Part shown: piece by piece, positions 29,203-38,013 of the stretch
Layout: the number at the start of each line of letters is the position of its first letter
How positions within the stretch are numbered: position 1 is the stretch's first letter
Origin: Candidatus Niyogibacteria bacterium
GTDB taxonomy: Bacteria > Patescibacteriota > Minisyncoccia > JACROR01
Assembly: GCA_016214345.1 (NCBI GenBank)
Contig: JACROR010000009.1
Coordinates: 66,447-130,446, forward strand
Length of the DNA stretch: 64,000 nucleotides
Direction: 5' to 3'
Program-made: the position numbers and the translations under genes
Notes under the pieces: generated by a model
Told to the model about the DNA's origin: nothing
Seen by the model: only the letters and a program-made list of their open reading frames with translations
Database searches by the model: none

Positions 29203-30155
29203 ATTTGCGACAATGCCCGCATATTTTTGGAAAAATATACATGAAGATCGCGATCTATTAAAACCCCTTCGGCATTATCGGTATTATTTATCATGTCCAA
29301 GCCTTCTTCTTTGCCTAATATAAGCGCTGATTTTGCCAAAACGTCGGCTTTTAAGGCGTCGAGAGCCATCACTGTGGCGGCGAGAATGCCATTGTTGGCA
29401 GGCAGACCGGTGCGCGGGTCAATGATATGGTGATATGTTGCGCCATTTTTGCGCCATGTTCTTTTGGTGATGCCCGAAGTGGCTATGGCAGGCATGTTTT
29501 CGGGTATTTCAAGTTCCATTATATCATCTTCATGACAAAGCGGATTTTGCACGCCAACGCGCCATTTTTTCCCGCCATCCGTTCCTGAGAATATCATATC
29601 TCCGCCGGCCGATATCCAGAAATTTTGTGAATATTTTTTAAGTTTGCGCGCGGCCAGGTCTACGACAAAGCCCTTTCCAATCCCACCAAGGTCTATTTCA
29701 GTGTTGGCCGGCATTTTTACGGTGTGAGCCGTTTTATTTATTTTTATACCGGTGAAGGCCTGCCTACCGGACAGGCAGGCGTTATTTTCGGGAGCGAAAA
29801 TTTTGATGGGGGTGTATTGATTTTGTGACTTTTGCTCCAGGTCTTCGAAGTTTTTGTCGTATCCGAGATCTTTTAAAATATTTATCACGGCGGGATCAAA
29901 TATGCCGTTAGTGCGCGCGTGGGCGATCTTTGCTTGTTCCAGCAGTTCCATCATCATGGCGCTGGCGTTAAATTTCCGGCCTCGGGATCGGTTGAGCCGG
30001 CTTAGTTCGCTTGTCGCGCGGAAACGGCTGAATTGTTCTTCAAAATCGCAAAATATTTTTTTAATGTTTTGCAAAATAGCGCGTTCATTTTTTGAAATTT
30101 CCGCGCATATTATTATTTCCGTACCCATCGTTTTGAATTTTTCTATCGAGTTCAT
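29199..30155 (-). CDS. apbE: FAD:protein FMN transferase ApbE family
   Basis: DLGGIGKGFVVD...SAGGDMIFSG; contains an in-frame copy of the GCCTGCCT-ACCGGAC-AGGCAGGC palindrome (encodes ACLSGRQA). Confidence 0.75.
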   Translation of the reverse strand: MNSIEKFKTMGTEIIICAEISKNERAILQNIKKIFCDFEEQFSRFRATSELSRLNRSRGRKFNASAMMMELLEQAKIAHARTNGIFDPAVINILKDLGYDKNFEDLEQKSQNQYTPIKIFAPENNACLSGRQAFTGIKINKTAHTVKMPANTEIDLGGIGKGFVVDLAARKLKKYSQNFWISAGGDMIFSGTDGGKKWRVGVQNPLCHEDDIMELEIPENMPAIATSGITKRTWRKNGATYHHIIDPRTGLPANNGILAATVMALDALKADVLAKSALILGKEEGLDMINNTDNAEGVLIDRDLHVYFSKNMRALSQI

Positions 30156-30172
30156 GTGTGGTTTGTTGTTGC

Positions 30173-31210
30173 TTATGATACCGTGGTGCGCGGCCTGATC
30201 GGCGCTTGGTAATTGATAGCCGGAGTCGGCGGGATATTGTAGATCGGCGCCGGAGCGTTGCTTACCGCGGGAGCCGTGGGCGGTTGGGCGGAAGTTTGCT
30301 CTTGGAACATATTTTTTTGCAATTCCTGTATTTGTTTCAAGCTGTAGATAAGGTTAGTTCTGGCGTAGGTGTTATCCGTAGTTCGCGCGCTTTCAATGTT
30401 GTAGATCCACAAAGTTACAAGGGTCATGAGCGCCGCGAATCCTCCGTAGACCAGCGCCAAATTAGGCAGGTCTTCTTTGAGGGGCAACGCGGGTATCATG
30501 GAGAACGCTTCTGTTTTGATGAATTTTTTTTCGACTCCCAAATTTTCCAGATCATCGGTGATGGATGCCATGAACGGACCCGGCCCGCATAAGAAAAAAG
30601 TTTTTCCGCGCAATTGATTTTTAAGAGCGGCGCTGATGATCTTTGCGCCCAATCTTTCGTTTATCATGCGTTCTGCTCCTTCCGGGATGCCGCTGTCAGT
30701 GACGGCAAAAAATGCTTTAAAATTAGGGTTAGCCGCCTCCAGTTTTTTTATTTCTTCATAGTAAAGTATTTTATCTGTCCAACGGCTGCTGTATAGAAGG
30801 GTTAATTTGTTCGGCAGTTTTTTGTCCGCGGCGTAACGAATAGAGCTTAAGAGCGGCGTGATGCCCACTCCTCCGGCGATAAAGACCGTGTCTCGGTCCA
30901 TGTGCGGATCAAAAATAAAATTGCCGTAAGGTCCGTATACGAATATTTCTTTTCCCGGCGTAAGTTTTGCCAGACTTTGGGTGAATTTACCTTTGATTTT
31001 TATGCCGAACTCGATCAAGGGAACGTTTTCCGGCGAGCTTGCTATGGAAAAGGCGTGCGGACTTACCAATTTTCCGTTTTCGTCATAAAAAGCAAGCATG
31101 GCATATTGTCCTGGAAGGAAATCGATCATTTTTTCTTTTATGGCCGACATCAGGTCTAGGATAATGATGTCTTCGCAGGTTATTTTTATGTTTTGTATAA
31201 GATATTTCAT
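30173..31210 (-). CDS. FNR-like FAD/NAD(P)-binding oxidoreductase with C-terminal TM and Pro-rich tail
   Basis: N-terminal FAD-binding beta-barrel motif HAFSIASSP; NAD(P)-binding GGVGITP. Confidence 0.7.
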   Translation of the reverse strand: MKYLIQNIKITCEDIIILDLMSAIKEKMIDFLPGQYAMLAFYDENGKLVSPHAFSIASSPENVPLIEFGIKIKGKFTQSLAKLTPGKEIFVYGPYGNFIFDPHMDRDTVFIAGGVGITPLLSSIRYAADKKLPNKLTLLYSSRWTDKILYYEEIKKLEAANPNFKAFFAVTDSGIPEGAERMINERLGAKIISAALKNQLRGKTFFLCGPGPFMASITDDLENLGVEKKFIKTEAFSMIPALPLKEDLPNLALVYGGFAALMTLVTLWIYNIESARTTDNTYARTNLIYSLKQIQELQKNMFQEQTSAQPPTAPAVSNAPAPIYNIPPTPAINYQAPIRPRTTVS

Positions 31211-31382
31211 ATTTTTATTGCGTCTAGTGAGGAGCGAAGTGTCCGCTAGCTGGCGGATCGCACTTCGTCCCTGCCTACCGGCAGGCAGGCGAGTGACGAC
31301 GCAACAAAAGGTTTAATACCTTTTATTTTATCATTGTTCGTCATTTGAGTGAAAATAGTGATAAGGGCCTTTTAGGAATATA

Positions 31383-31805
31383 ATGGAAATAATGGGTTTT
31401 ATCATATTGCCTCACACGGCTGATTTGCGTATGCGAGTGGACGGTTTGAGCTTACAAGAGCTTTTTTTAGGCGCTTTTGAGGGCATGATGCGTGTTTTGA
31501 AAGAGCGAAAGCCGTCGCGAGAAGCTGCCAAAATCTTCAAGCGCCGAATTAAAATTTCATCAGCGGACGCGTCGGCGTTGTTAGTGGATTTTTTGAACGA
31601 AGTTTTATACAACGCGTACAGCCATAAGGAAATTTATTTGAGTGTCGCGTTTAAAAACATATCAAATACGGAACTTGAAGCGGAGATCTTCGGCGTGCCG
31701 GTGGAAGATTTTGACGAAGACATTAAAGCCACGACTTATCACGAGGCGGACATAAAAAAGAATAAGAGCGGAAAATGGGAAACCGTGCTGGTATTTGATA
31801 TTTGA
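31383..31805 (+). CDS. Archease (RtcB activator)
   Basis: N-terminal HTADLRMRV motif; sits immediately upstream of rtcB. Confidence 0.8.
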   Translation: MEIMGFIILPHTADLRMRVDGLSLQELFLGAFEGMMRVLKERKPSREAAKIFKRRIKISSADASALLVDFLNEVLYNAYSHKEIYLSVAFKNISNTELEAEIFGVPVEDFDEDIKATTYHEADIKKNKSGKWETVLVFDI

Positions 31806-31808
31806 GCT

Positions 31809-33239
31809 ATGGTTATAAAAGATTTTAAAAAAATAAACGACCATCTTTGGGAGATTTCCCGGTCTTTCCGGGAAGACATGCGTGTTCCGGCGCGAATCTA
31901 CGCTACGGAGAAAATGCTTTTAGATTCTTTGGAAGACAGGTCCGCGGAACAATTGGTCAACGTGGCCACGCTGCCCGGAATTTATAAATACGCTCTTGCC
32001 ATGCCTGATATCCATGAGGGCTATGGCTTTCCGATCGGCGGCGTTGCCGCCATGGACGCCAAGAATGGCGTGATCTCTCCCGGCGGCATAGGCTATGACA
32101 TAAATTGCGGCGTGCGCCTTTTGCGCTCTGATCTGGCGGCGGATGTGATTTTACCGCGCCTAAATGATCTGGGTGGCAGAATTTTTGCCGAAGTTCCGTC
32201 CGGCGCTGGGAGAAGTGGAATTTTAAAATTATCCGGCAAGGATTTGGATCTAGTTTTGAAATGCGGCGCGCGCGGCTTGGTAGCCATGGGTTACGAAGAA
32301 AAAGAAGACTTGGAGTTTATTGAATCGGGAGGAGAATTGCCGGACGCTGATCCCGCGATGGTATCTTCGCGGGCTAAAACGCGCGGACAAGACCAGTTGG
32401 GAACCATGGGCGCGGGAAATCATTTTGTGGAGGTGGGCTTTGTGGAGAAAATTTTTTCTAAAGACGCGGCAGAGGCCTTTGGTCTTTTTTTGGGGCAGGT
32501 TACCGTTTTGATACATACCGGATCGCGCGGATTAGGGCATCAAGTGGCTACCGACCATATTCGTACCATGATGGCGGCCATGCCCAAATACGGCATAAGG
32601 ATTCCGGATCGGGAACTTGCGTGCGCGCCTTTTCGTTCCGAAGAAGGACAGAATTATTTTAAAGCCATGAGTGCTGCCGCGAATTTCGCGTGGGCTAATC
32701 GCCAGTTGATCGCTTGGGAAGTGAGAAAGGCGTGGAAAGATATTTTAGGCGATAGCGGTGGAGAATTAAAAACAGTTTACGATGTCGCGCATAATCTGGC
32801 AAAAATTGAAAAATACGAAAGCTTGGAATTATTGGTGCATCGTAAGGGCGCCACCGGATCTTTTGCCAAGGGAAATTCGGAGATTCCTTCGCGCTATCGG
32901 AACGTGGGCCAGCCGGTGCTTATTCCGGGAAGCATGGGGACGGCTTCTTATATTTTGGCGGGAGCGGAAGGCGCGATGGAAAATACTTTCGGCACGGCGG
33001 CTCACGGCGCGGGACGTTCCATGTCCCGCACCGAAGCGAGAAAACATGTTGAGGCGCGCGCGTTGCGAGAACGATTAGAGGCGGAAGGAATTTATGTGTT
33101 CGCCGGATCCTTGCGGGGGATCGCCGAAGAAGCTCCGGCAGCTTATAAAGACATTGATTCGGTGGTGGACACGGTGGAAGCCGTTGGTATGGCGAAAAAG
33201 GTGGCACGGCTGCGCCCTCTCGCGGTTATCAAGGGTTAG
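31809..33239 (+). CDS. rtcB: RNA-splicing ligase RtcB
   Basis: RtcB metal-binding/His motifs (GAGNHF; HGAGRSMSRTEA). Confidence 0.9.
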   Translation: MVIKDFKKINDHLWEISRSFREDMRVPARIYATEKMLLDSLEDRSAEQLVNVATLPGIYKYALAMPDIHEGYGFPIGGVAAMDAKNGVISPGGIGYDINCGVRLLRSDLAADVILPRLNDLGGRIFAEVPSGAGRSGILKLSGKDLDLVLKCGARGLVAMGYEEKEDLEFIESGGELPDADPAMVSSRAKTRGQDQLGTMGAGNHFVEVGFVEKIFSKDAAEAFGLFLGQVTVLIHTGSRGLGHQVATDHIRTMMAAMPKYGIRIPDRELACAPFRSEEGQNYFKAMSAAANFAWANRQLIAWEVRKAWKDILGDSGGELKTVYDVAHNLAKIEKYESLELLVHRKGATGSFAKGNSEIPSRYRNVGQPVLIPGSMGTASYILAGAEGAMENTFGTAAHGAGRSMSRTEARKHVEARALRERLEAEGIYVFAGSLRGIAEEAPAAYKDIDSVVDTVEAVGMAKKVARLRPLAVIKG

Positions 33240-33274
33240 TGGTTTCTTTTATTTATTTTTGTTAAAATACTTTT

Positions 33275-33442
33275 ATGATAAAAAATAAATTAGCGGCAAG
33301 TGTTAGAAAGCATATACGAGGAGAAAAGCTTCGTTTAAGAAAAGCCGGATTATCGGAAGAGGATCTTAAGAGACAGATCGCGGAACTTTATAAAAAATGG
33401 GAGAAAAAATCAGGCGCGGTCGGGCCTGAAAAAAGCGGGTAA
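33275..33442 (+). CDS. Small basic hypothetical protein (55 aa), not in the ORF track
   Basis: Manual translation MIKNKLAASVRKHIRGEKLRLRKAGLSEEDLKRQIAELYKKWEKKSGAVGPEKSG. Confidence 0.3.
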   Translation: MIKNKLAASVRKHIRGEKLRLRKAGLSEEDLKRQIAELYKKWEKKSGAVGPEKSG

Positions 33443-33472
33443 AAACCGTTAAAGTTAAAAAATAAAAAAACC

Positions 33473-33679
33473 ATGTTAGAAAATCATAATTTTGATCTGG
33501 TCCACGCGTTATCCAAGAAAAATAGCGCGCTTTGGCGTTACGGCGAGCATTACAAGAGAAACGCGGAAGGATGCGAGTTTTGCCAAAAACTCTGGAAGAC
33601 GCTGGAAGCAGACGACGATAAACATGTGGAGATGCTCAAGGCGGAGATCAGGCGGCATATTAATGAAGGCAGGTTTTAA
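33473..33679 (+). CDS. Small hypothetical protein (68 aa)
   Basis: ORF followed by the 15-bp-stem hairpin at 33695-33727. Confidence 0.35.
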   Translation: MLENHNFDLVHALSKKNSALWRYGEHYKRNAEGCEFCQKLWKTLEADDDKHVEMLKAEIRRHINEGRF

Positions 33680-33694
33680 TTTATGTTTTGGAAC

Positions 33695-33727
33695 CGTTTA
33701 CTTGGAAGCTTAGCTTCCAAGTAAACG
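33695..33727. repeat. Palindromic hairpin element CGTTTACTTGGAAGC-TTA-GCTTCCAAGTAAACG (15-bp stem)
   Basis: The 23-nt core ACTTGGAAGCTTAGCTTCCAAGT is repeated at 43782-43804; a variant lies at 21094-21115. Confidence 0.7.
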
Positions 33728-33752
33728 TGGATAAAGCGGTTTATTAAAATTT

Positions 33753-34508
33753 ATGCAAGAAGAAAAACATTTTTTTCATAAAAAAATTTTTATGGGGACG
33801 CTTTCGGTGTTGAGCATCGCGCTCTCTATTTTGGTTTTTGCGAAAATAGTTTCTGAAATTAAGTCCTTATCAATTAAAGGAACACAAATCCCGAGTATCA
33901 CGGTTTCCGGTGAAGGCAAGGTTTTTACCAGGCCGGATATCGGACAAGTGTCTTTGTCCGTGGTGGGCGAAAGTAAAACCGCGGTTGAAGCGCAATCGCT
34001 CGCTACCGCGTCCATAAATAAGGCCACGGATTTTTTAAACAAAAAAGGCGTTGATAAAAAAGACATAAAAACTACCGGCTATTCTATTAATCCGCTTTAT
34101 GATTATAAGGAGGGCGAGAGAATTTTTCGCGGTTATGAAGTGAGACAAAGTTTAGAGGTAAAAATAAGAGATATTGATAAAGCGGGGGAGATTTTAGCGG
34201 GCGTAACATCCGCGGGAATCAATCAGGTGGGGCAGTTATTTTTTACGGTGGAAAATCCGGACAATATAAGGGCGGAAGTTAGAAAACAGGCGATTGATAA
34301 CGCCAAGAGCAAGGCGCGAGCGTTGGCAAAAGACTTAGGCGTCAGATTGGGGGATATTTTGAGTTTTAATGAATCTTACGGCGGAATCCAACCGATATAT
34401 CGGGAAGCGATTTTCGCGCCCATGGGCAAGGGTGGCTCGGCGCCCGAAGTGCCTGTGGGAGAAAATGAGATTGTGGTTACTGTAAGTTTGGTTTACGAAA
34501 TTAAATAA
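33753..34508 (+). CDS. SIMPL/DUF541-domain periplasmic protein
   Basis: TM anchor; the SIMPL domain is a family-level call I cannot verify offline. Confidence 0.6.
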   Translation: MQEEKHFFHKKIFMGTLSVLSIALSILVFAKIVSEIKSLSIKGTQIPSITVSGEGKVFTRPDIGQVSLSVVGESKTAVEAQSLATASINKATDFLNKKGVDKKDIKTTGYSINPLYDYKEGERIFRGYEVRQSLEVKIRDIDKAGEILAGVTSAGINQVGQLFFTVENPDNIRAEVRKQAIDNAKSKARALAKDLGVRLGDILSFNESYGGIQPIYREAIFAPMGKGGSAPEVPVGENEIVVTVSLVYEIK

Positions 34509-35036
34509 ATGGCCCCAAATAATTTATATTTGATCCTGCATAATATCAGGAGCCTTTATAATGTGGGATCGATGTTTAGGACCGCGGATGCGGCCGGAGT
34601 TTCTAAGATATTTTTGACCGGTTATACCGGAGCGCCCCAAGACAGATTGGGCAATGCGCGCAAAGGCATACACAAAGTGGCATTGGGCGCGGAAAATTCC
34701 GTACCCTGGGAGAGGCGCGCTGATCTGCCGAGCTTGATTGAAAAGTTGCGCCGGGAAAAAGTTTTTATTTTGGCGTTGGAGCAATCTCCGAAATCTTTTA
34801 ATTATGAAAAAGCCGAGAGCTATTTGCGTAAAAGAAAAATTGCCAACAAATTTTTCGGCATCGCGCTTCTAGTCGGCAATGAGGTCCGCGGTCTATCGCC
34901 CCAAATTCTTAAAAAATGCGATGCCATTATGGAAATTCCCATGCGCGGCAAAAAAGAATCATTGAATGTGTCAGTTGCGGCGGGAATTGCTATATTTAAA
35001 CTTCGCGAAACGTTATTTACCCTGCTATTGACATAA
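34509..35036 (+). CDS. SpoU/TrmH-family RNA 2'-O-methyltransferase
   Basis: SPOUT motifs GSMFRTADAAG, LVGNEVRGLS, ESLNVSVAAGIAIF. Confidence 0.8.
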   Translation: MAPNNLYLILHNIRSLYNVGSMFRTADAAGVSKIFLTGYTGAPQDRLGNARKGIHKVALGAENSVPWERRADLPSLIEKLRREKVFILALEQSPKSFNYEKAESYLRKRKIANKFFGIALLVGNEVRGLSPQILKKCDAIMEIPMRGKKESLNVSVAAGIAIFKLRETLFTLLLT

Positions 35037-35107
35037 TTAGCTTAATGTGCTAAATTTTTATTTAAGTTAACATGGTACTTTAAAATGCATGGATTGGAGG
35101 TGAGTTT

Positions 35108-35350
35108 ATGGGCATTGATTGGGAGGGTATTATTGGAAGATTATCTTCTGGAAATAGTGCGGGAGAAAGATATGGCGAAGCTCTTATGGCCGCGCAGGAC
35201 GACATACACAGATTGTTTGATCTAGCAAATGAAGAAGAAGCTACGGGAAAGATCTTGATGTCTTCTGAGGATCGTGAACAGCTAGAGGCGTTGAAGCGCC
35301 CACTGTCCATGAAAGCGATTGGCAGGCTGGTAAGGGAAACTGAGGATTAA
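35108..35350 (+). CDS. Small hypothetical protein (80 aa), first of a tandem pair
   Basis: Strong SD GGAGGTGA 7 nt upstream; begins MGIDWEGIIGRL. Confidence 0.45.
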   Translation: MGIDWEGIIGRLSSGNSAGERYGEALMAAQDDIHRLFDLANEEEATGKILMSSEDREQLEALKRPLSMKAIGRLVRETED

Positions 35351-35367
35351 GAAAGGAGCTGATTGGT

Positions 35368-35478
35368 ATGGGCATAATTGAGCGCTTTTTTGGTGGAATG
35401 GTACACCTCTTGGGAGGTACTGATTGGAATGGGAGAGCTGACGAAGAAATTCAGATCCTCGCAAGATACGAGGACTGA
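35368..35478 (+). CDS. Small hypothetical protein (36 aa), second of the tandem pair
   Basis: SD AAGGAG; begins MGIIERFFGG (similar start to the upstream ORF); followed by a terminator. Confidence 0.35.
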   Translation: MGIIERFFGGMVHLLGGTDWNGRADEEIQILARYED

Positions 35479-35481
35479 ATA

Positions 35482-35516
35482 AAAATGGGCGTCTAAAACG
35501 GCGCCCATTTTTTGTT
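35482..35516 (+). terminator. Intrinsic terminator after the small-ORF pair
   Basis: AAAATGGGCG...CGCCCATTTT hairpin plus T-run. Confidence 0.65.
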
Positions 35517-35561
35517 ATATTTTTGCATAATTTATGATAAAAATGGTTTATAATTATAAAT

Positions 35562-36209
35562 ATGATTAAAAAGTTTGAGAATTTTGAAACTAGAGAATAT
35601 TTAGACGCGGGCATTGCCGTAGCGGTGGAGGGCGAGGCGGCTCGGGCGGCTTTGTCTATGGCAGAGGAAATTGCCAAGCGAGCCCCAACGGTTTTTCGTA
35701 TTGATGCCAAGCATCTTCCGCATATTACTTTATTTCAAGGCAGATTTCCCGCGCGCTCGCAAGAAGCGCTAAATGAATATTTTCAAAAAATAACACGGGA
35801 ACAAGGTGTGCCGTTAAGGATTGAAATGGAAGATAGTTTGTTCGCGCGTCCTAATGGCAATATATTTTGGAATGTTAAAAAAACTCCGGAAATTATAGGA
35901 CTCCACAAGGAAATGAATGACATTTTGCGTCCATTGACTGACGGCATGTTAATGCGGCAATTTTCAGACTTGCTTAAAGGCGCGTCTTTAAGCGAAGAAG
36001 ACCGTCATCAAATTGAAAAATATGGCGCATTGTTGGCCGGTGATAAATATATGCCGCACATTACTTTATGCAGATTGGAGCGCGCGAAGGATGTTGATTC
36101 AATTAAGAATATTAAACCTCCGAGCGTTATTTTTTCTGCCGAAAAATTTATAGGAGGCGAGCTTGGCTATTACGGAACAATCGACAAAGTTATTTTTGAG
36201 GAAAAATAA
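35562..36209 (+). CDS. 2H phosphoesterase superfamily protein (LigT/2'-5' RNA ligase-like)
   Basis: Two H-x-T-x motifs (HITLFQG and HITLCRL). Confidence 0.65.
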   Translation: MIKKFENFETREYLDAGIAVAVEGEAARAALSMAEEIAKRAPTVFRIDAKHLPHITLFQGRFPARSQEALNEYFQKITREQGVPLRIEMEDSLFARPNGNIFWNVKKTPEIIGLHKEMNDILRPLTDGMLMRQFSDLLKGASLSEEDRHQIEKYGALLAGDKYMPHITLCRLERAKDVDSIKNIKPPSVIFSAEKFIGGELGYYGTIDKVIFEEK

Positions 36210-36219
36210 GCGATCAAAT

Positions 36220-37095
36220 TTAGTACGAATATTCGCTTACCAAACGACCTTCTTTATCCCAAAGCGTTATTTTTTCGTATTTGTCTTTCCATAATTCCGT
36301 ATCTTTGTCTAAATATATCCGCCATTCTTTGGAGTAAAATTTTTCATTATTTTTTTCGTTCTCCACGCATCCGGCGTAATTAAAATTGGTTTCTATCACG
36401 GCGCGGCAAGTATCTTGGGTCATCAAGGGGACATTTTGCGGCATCACGCAGCGCGGCAAGTTTTCAATATAATTTATGCAGGCATCGTCTTTCATATTAT
36501 ATAGCCCCGGGATATTTTTAGGATAAGGACACTGTTCGGGAAGATTGGGAATAAAATTTTGGAACTGGCTGAAATAGCCGGTACAGGTATTCAGTCGGAA
36601 ATTAGTGGCAATGGGGCTATTGCCGGTGAGTATTATGGCTTTTCCTCCGGGCTCCAGCCGTATGTCTGCTTGGGGATTCACTCTGGCGGAATACGGTAAA
36701 TATGCTCCTTGTCTTATTTTAATGATGGTGCCGGCTTTGTTGGTGAGGGCCCAGTCAGTTATGTTGATGTTCTCCGTATTTCCATAGGACGCGGCGAGAG
36801 TAATGTATTCTTCTTTAGGATTGGTCGCGCGCGCCGCATCCGTTCCAATACTTATTTGGTTCTTGTAAGGAGATTCTCCGGGAGCGCCTGTGTCTTTTTT
36901 GGGTGGAATTGCCGCGGTTTTTTCTTCGCTCGCGGGTGATTGGCTGACGGAGCTTGGGGGCTCCAGAATAATTCCGCCAGTTTCAAATCTGCCTCCCTGC
37001 GAATACCACATTACGGCGAGAATCAGCAAAAATAATATTAGCCATCCATAATCTTGGCTGGTTCCAGAACTCTTAGCTCCATGGCTCTTTTCCAT
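36220..37095 (-). CDS. Secreted hypothetical protein (lamin-tail-domain-like region), Cys-rich C-terminus
   Basis: N-terminal TM WLILFLLILAVMWY; LTD-like stretch ITDWALTNKAGTIIKIRQGAYLPYSARVNPQADIRLEPGGKAIILTG. Confidence 0.4.
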   Translation of the reverse strand: MEKSHGAKSSGTSQDYGWLILFLLILAVMWYSQGGRFETGGIILEPPSSVSQSPASEEKTAAIPPKKDTGAPGESPYKNQISIGTDAARATNPKEEYITLAASYGNTENINITDWALTNKAGTIIKIRQGAYLPYSARVNPQADIRLEPGGKAIILTGNSPIATNFRLNTCTGYFSQFQNFIPNLPEQCPYPKNIPGLYNMKDDACINYIENLPRCVMPQNVPLMTQDTCRAVIETNFNYAGCVENEKNNEKFYSKEWRIYLDKDTELWKDKYEKITLWDKEGRLVSEYSY

Positions 37096-37204
37096 TATTT
37101 AATGGTAGTACAACCACGCGGCGAATAAAAGCGCGCGAATTTCGCAGGTATTTTTGCTATTTATTTCCCGTCTTTTAAATAATAAATAAATTTTTAATAT
37201 ACAG

Positions 37205-37266
37205 TAAAATTCCGCGACCGCGGAAAATAAATGTATATTAAATACAATGAATGTAATATAATAAAT
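37205..37266. repeat. Direct repeat copy 1, upstream of the PaaX-like gene
   Basis: Shares ~45 nt with 37877-37940 (TCCGCGACCGCGGA hairpin core plus AATATAATAAATG). Confidence 0.6.
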
Positions 37267-37268
37267 GT

Positions 37269-37832
37269 ATGGGAAAAATAGAACAACAAATCGCTAAAAA
37301 TCGACGGCGAACGAATATAAAAAAGATAATTCTCGGGTCAGTGGCATTAGTCGGTATTTTAAGTGTTGGCATGGTGGCGCCGAATGTCTTGGGATCGATG
37401 GCGAAGCTCGGTATTTTGCCGCGCCGACGCCAGAAAGAAATTATCAATCAATCGCGCGAGCGATTAGTGCGACAAGGATTACTGCAATATACTAATGGCA
37501 AGCTAAGACTCACCACTAAGGGTGAGACGGTTTTGCGCCGCTTGGAGCTGTCGGAATATAGATTCAAAAAACCTATACGCTGGGACGGTCGTTGGCGGGT
37601 GCTTATTTTTGATATTCCTGAAAAGAGAAAAGGATTGCGTGATAGGGTTCGCGATACCCTGGTCGCCATAGGTTTTGTACACGCACAAGACAGCGTCTGG
37701 ATTTATCCATACGATTGCGAGGATATGGTTACCTTACTTAAGGCGGATTTTAAGATAGGCAAGGATTTACTTTATTTGGTGGTAGAAAAAATGGAGTACG
37801 ATACGGCCTTCAAAGATCATTTCGGTTTATAA
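37269..37832 (+). CDS. PaaX-family-like putative transcriptional regulator (N-terminal TM, wHTH, C-terminal WDGRW...FDIPE domain with a Cas2/VapD-like motif pattern)
   Basis: LTTKGETVLRRLEL wHTH; WDGRWRVLIFDIPEKRKGLRDRVRDTLVAIGFVHAQDSVWIYP. Confidence 0.4.
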   Translation: MGKIEQQIAKNRRRTNIKKIILGSVALVGILSVGMVAPNVLGSMAKLGILPRRRQKEIINQSRERLVRQGLLQYTNGKLRLTTKGETVLRRLELSEYRFKKPIRWDGRWRVLIFDIPEKRKGLRDRVRDTLVAIGFVHAQDSVWIYPYDCEDMVTLLKADFKIGKDLLYLVVEKMEYDTAFKDHFGL

Positions 37833-37876
37833 AAATCTAAATTATTCTGCAAAATATACTTTTTATAGGTAAAGAT

Positions 37877-37940
37877 GTTTCTACATTAAAAATCCGCGAC
37901 CGCGGATTTTTAATGTAAGGAATATAATAAATGGTCTATA
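37877..37940. repeat. Direct repeat copy 2, downstream of the PaaX-like gene
   Basis: AAAAATCCGCGACCGCGGATTTTTAATGTA...AATATAATAAATG; compare copy 1. Confidence 0.6.
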
Positions 37941-38013
37941 TTGTATGTGTGGCATATCATGCGAATATTTGTTAAAATACAACCATTATATTATCAATTA
38001 AAATATTAAAAAT

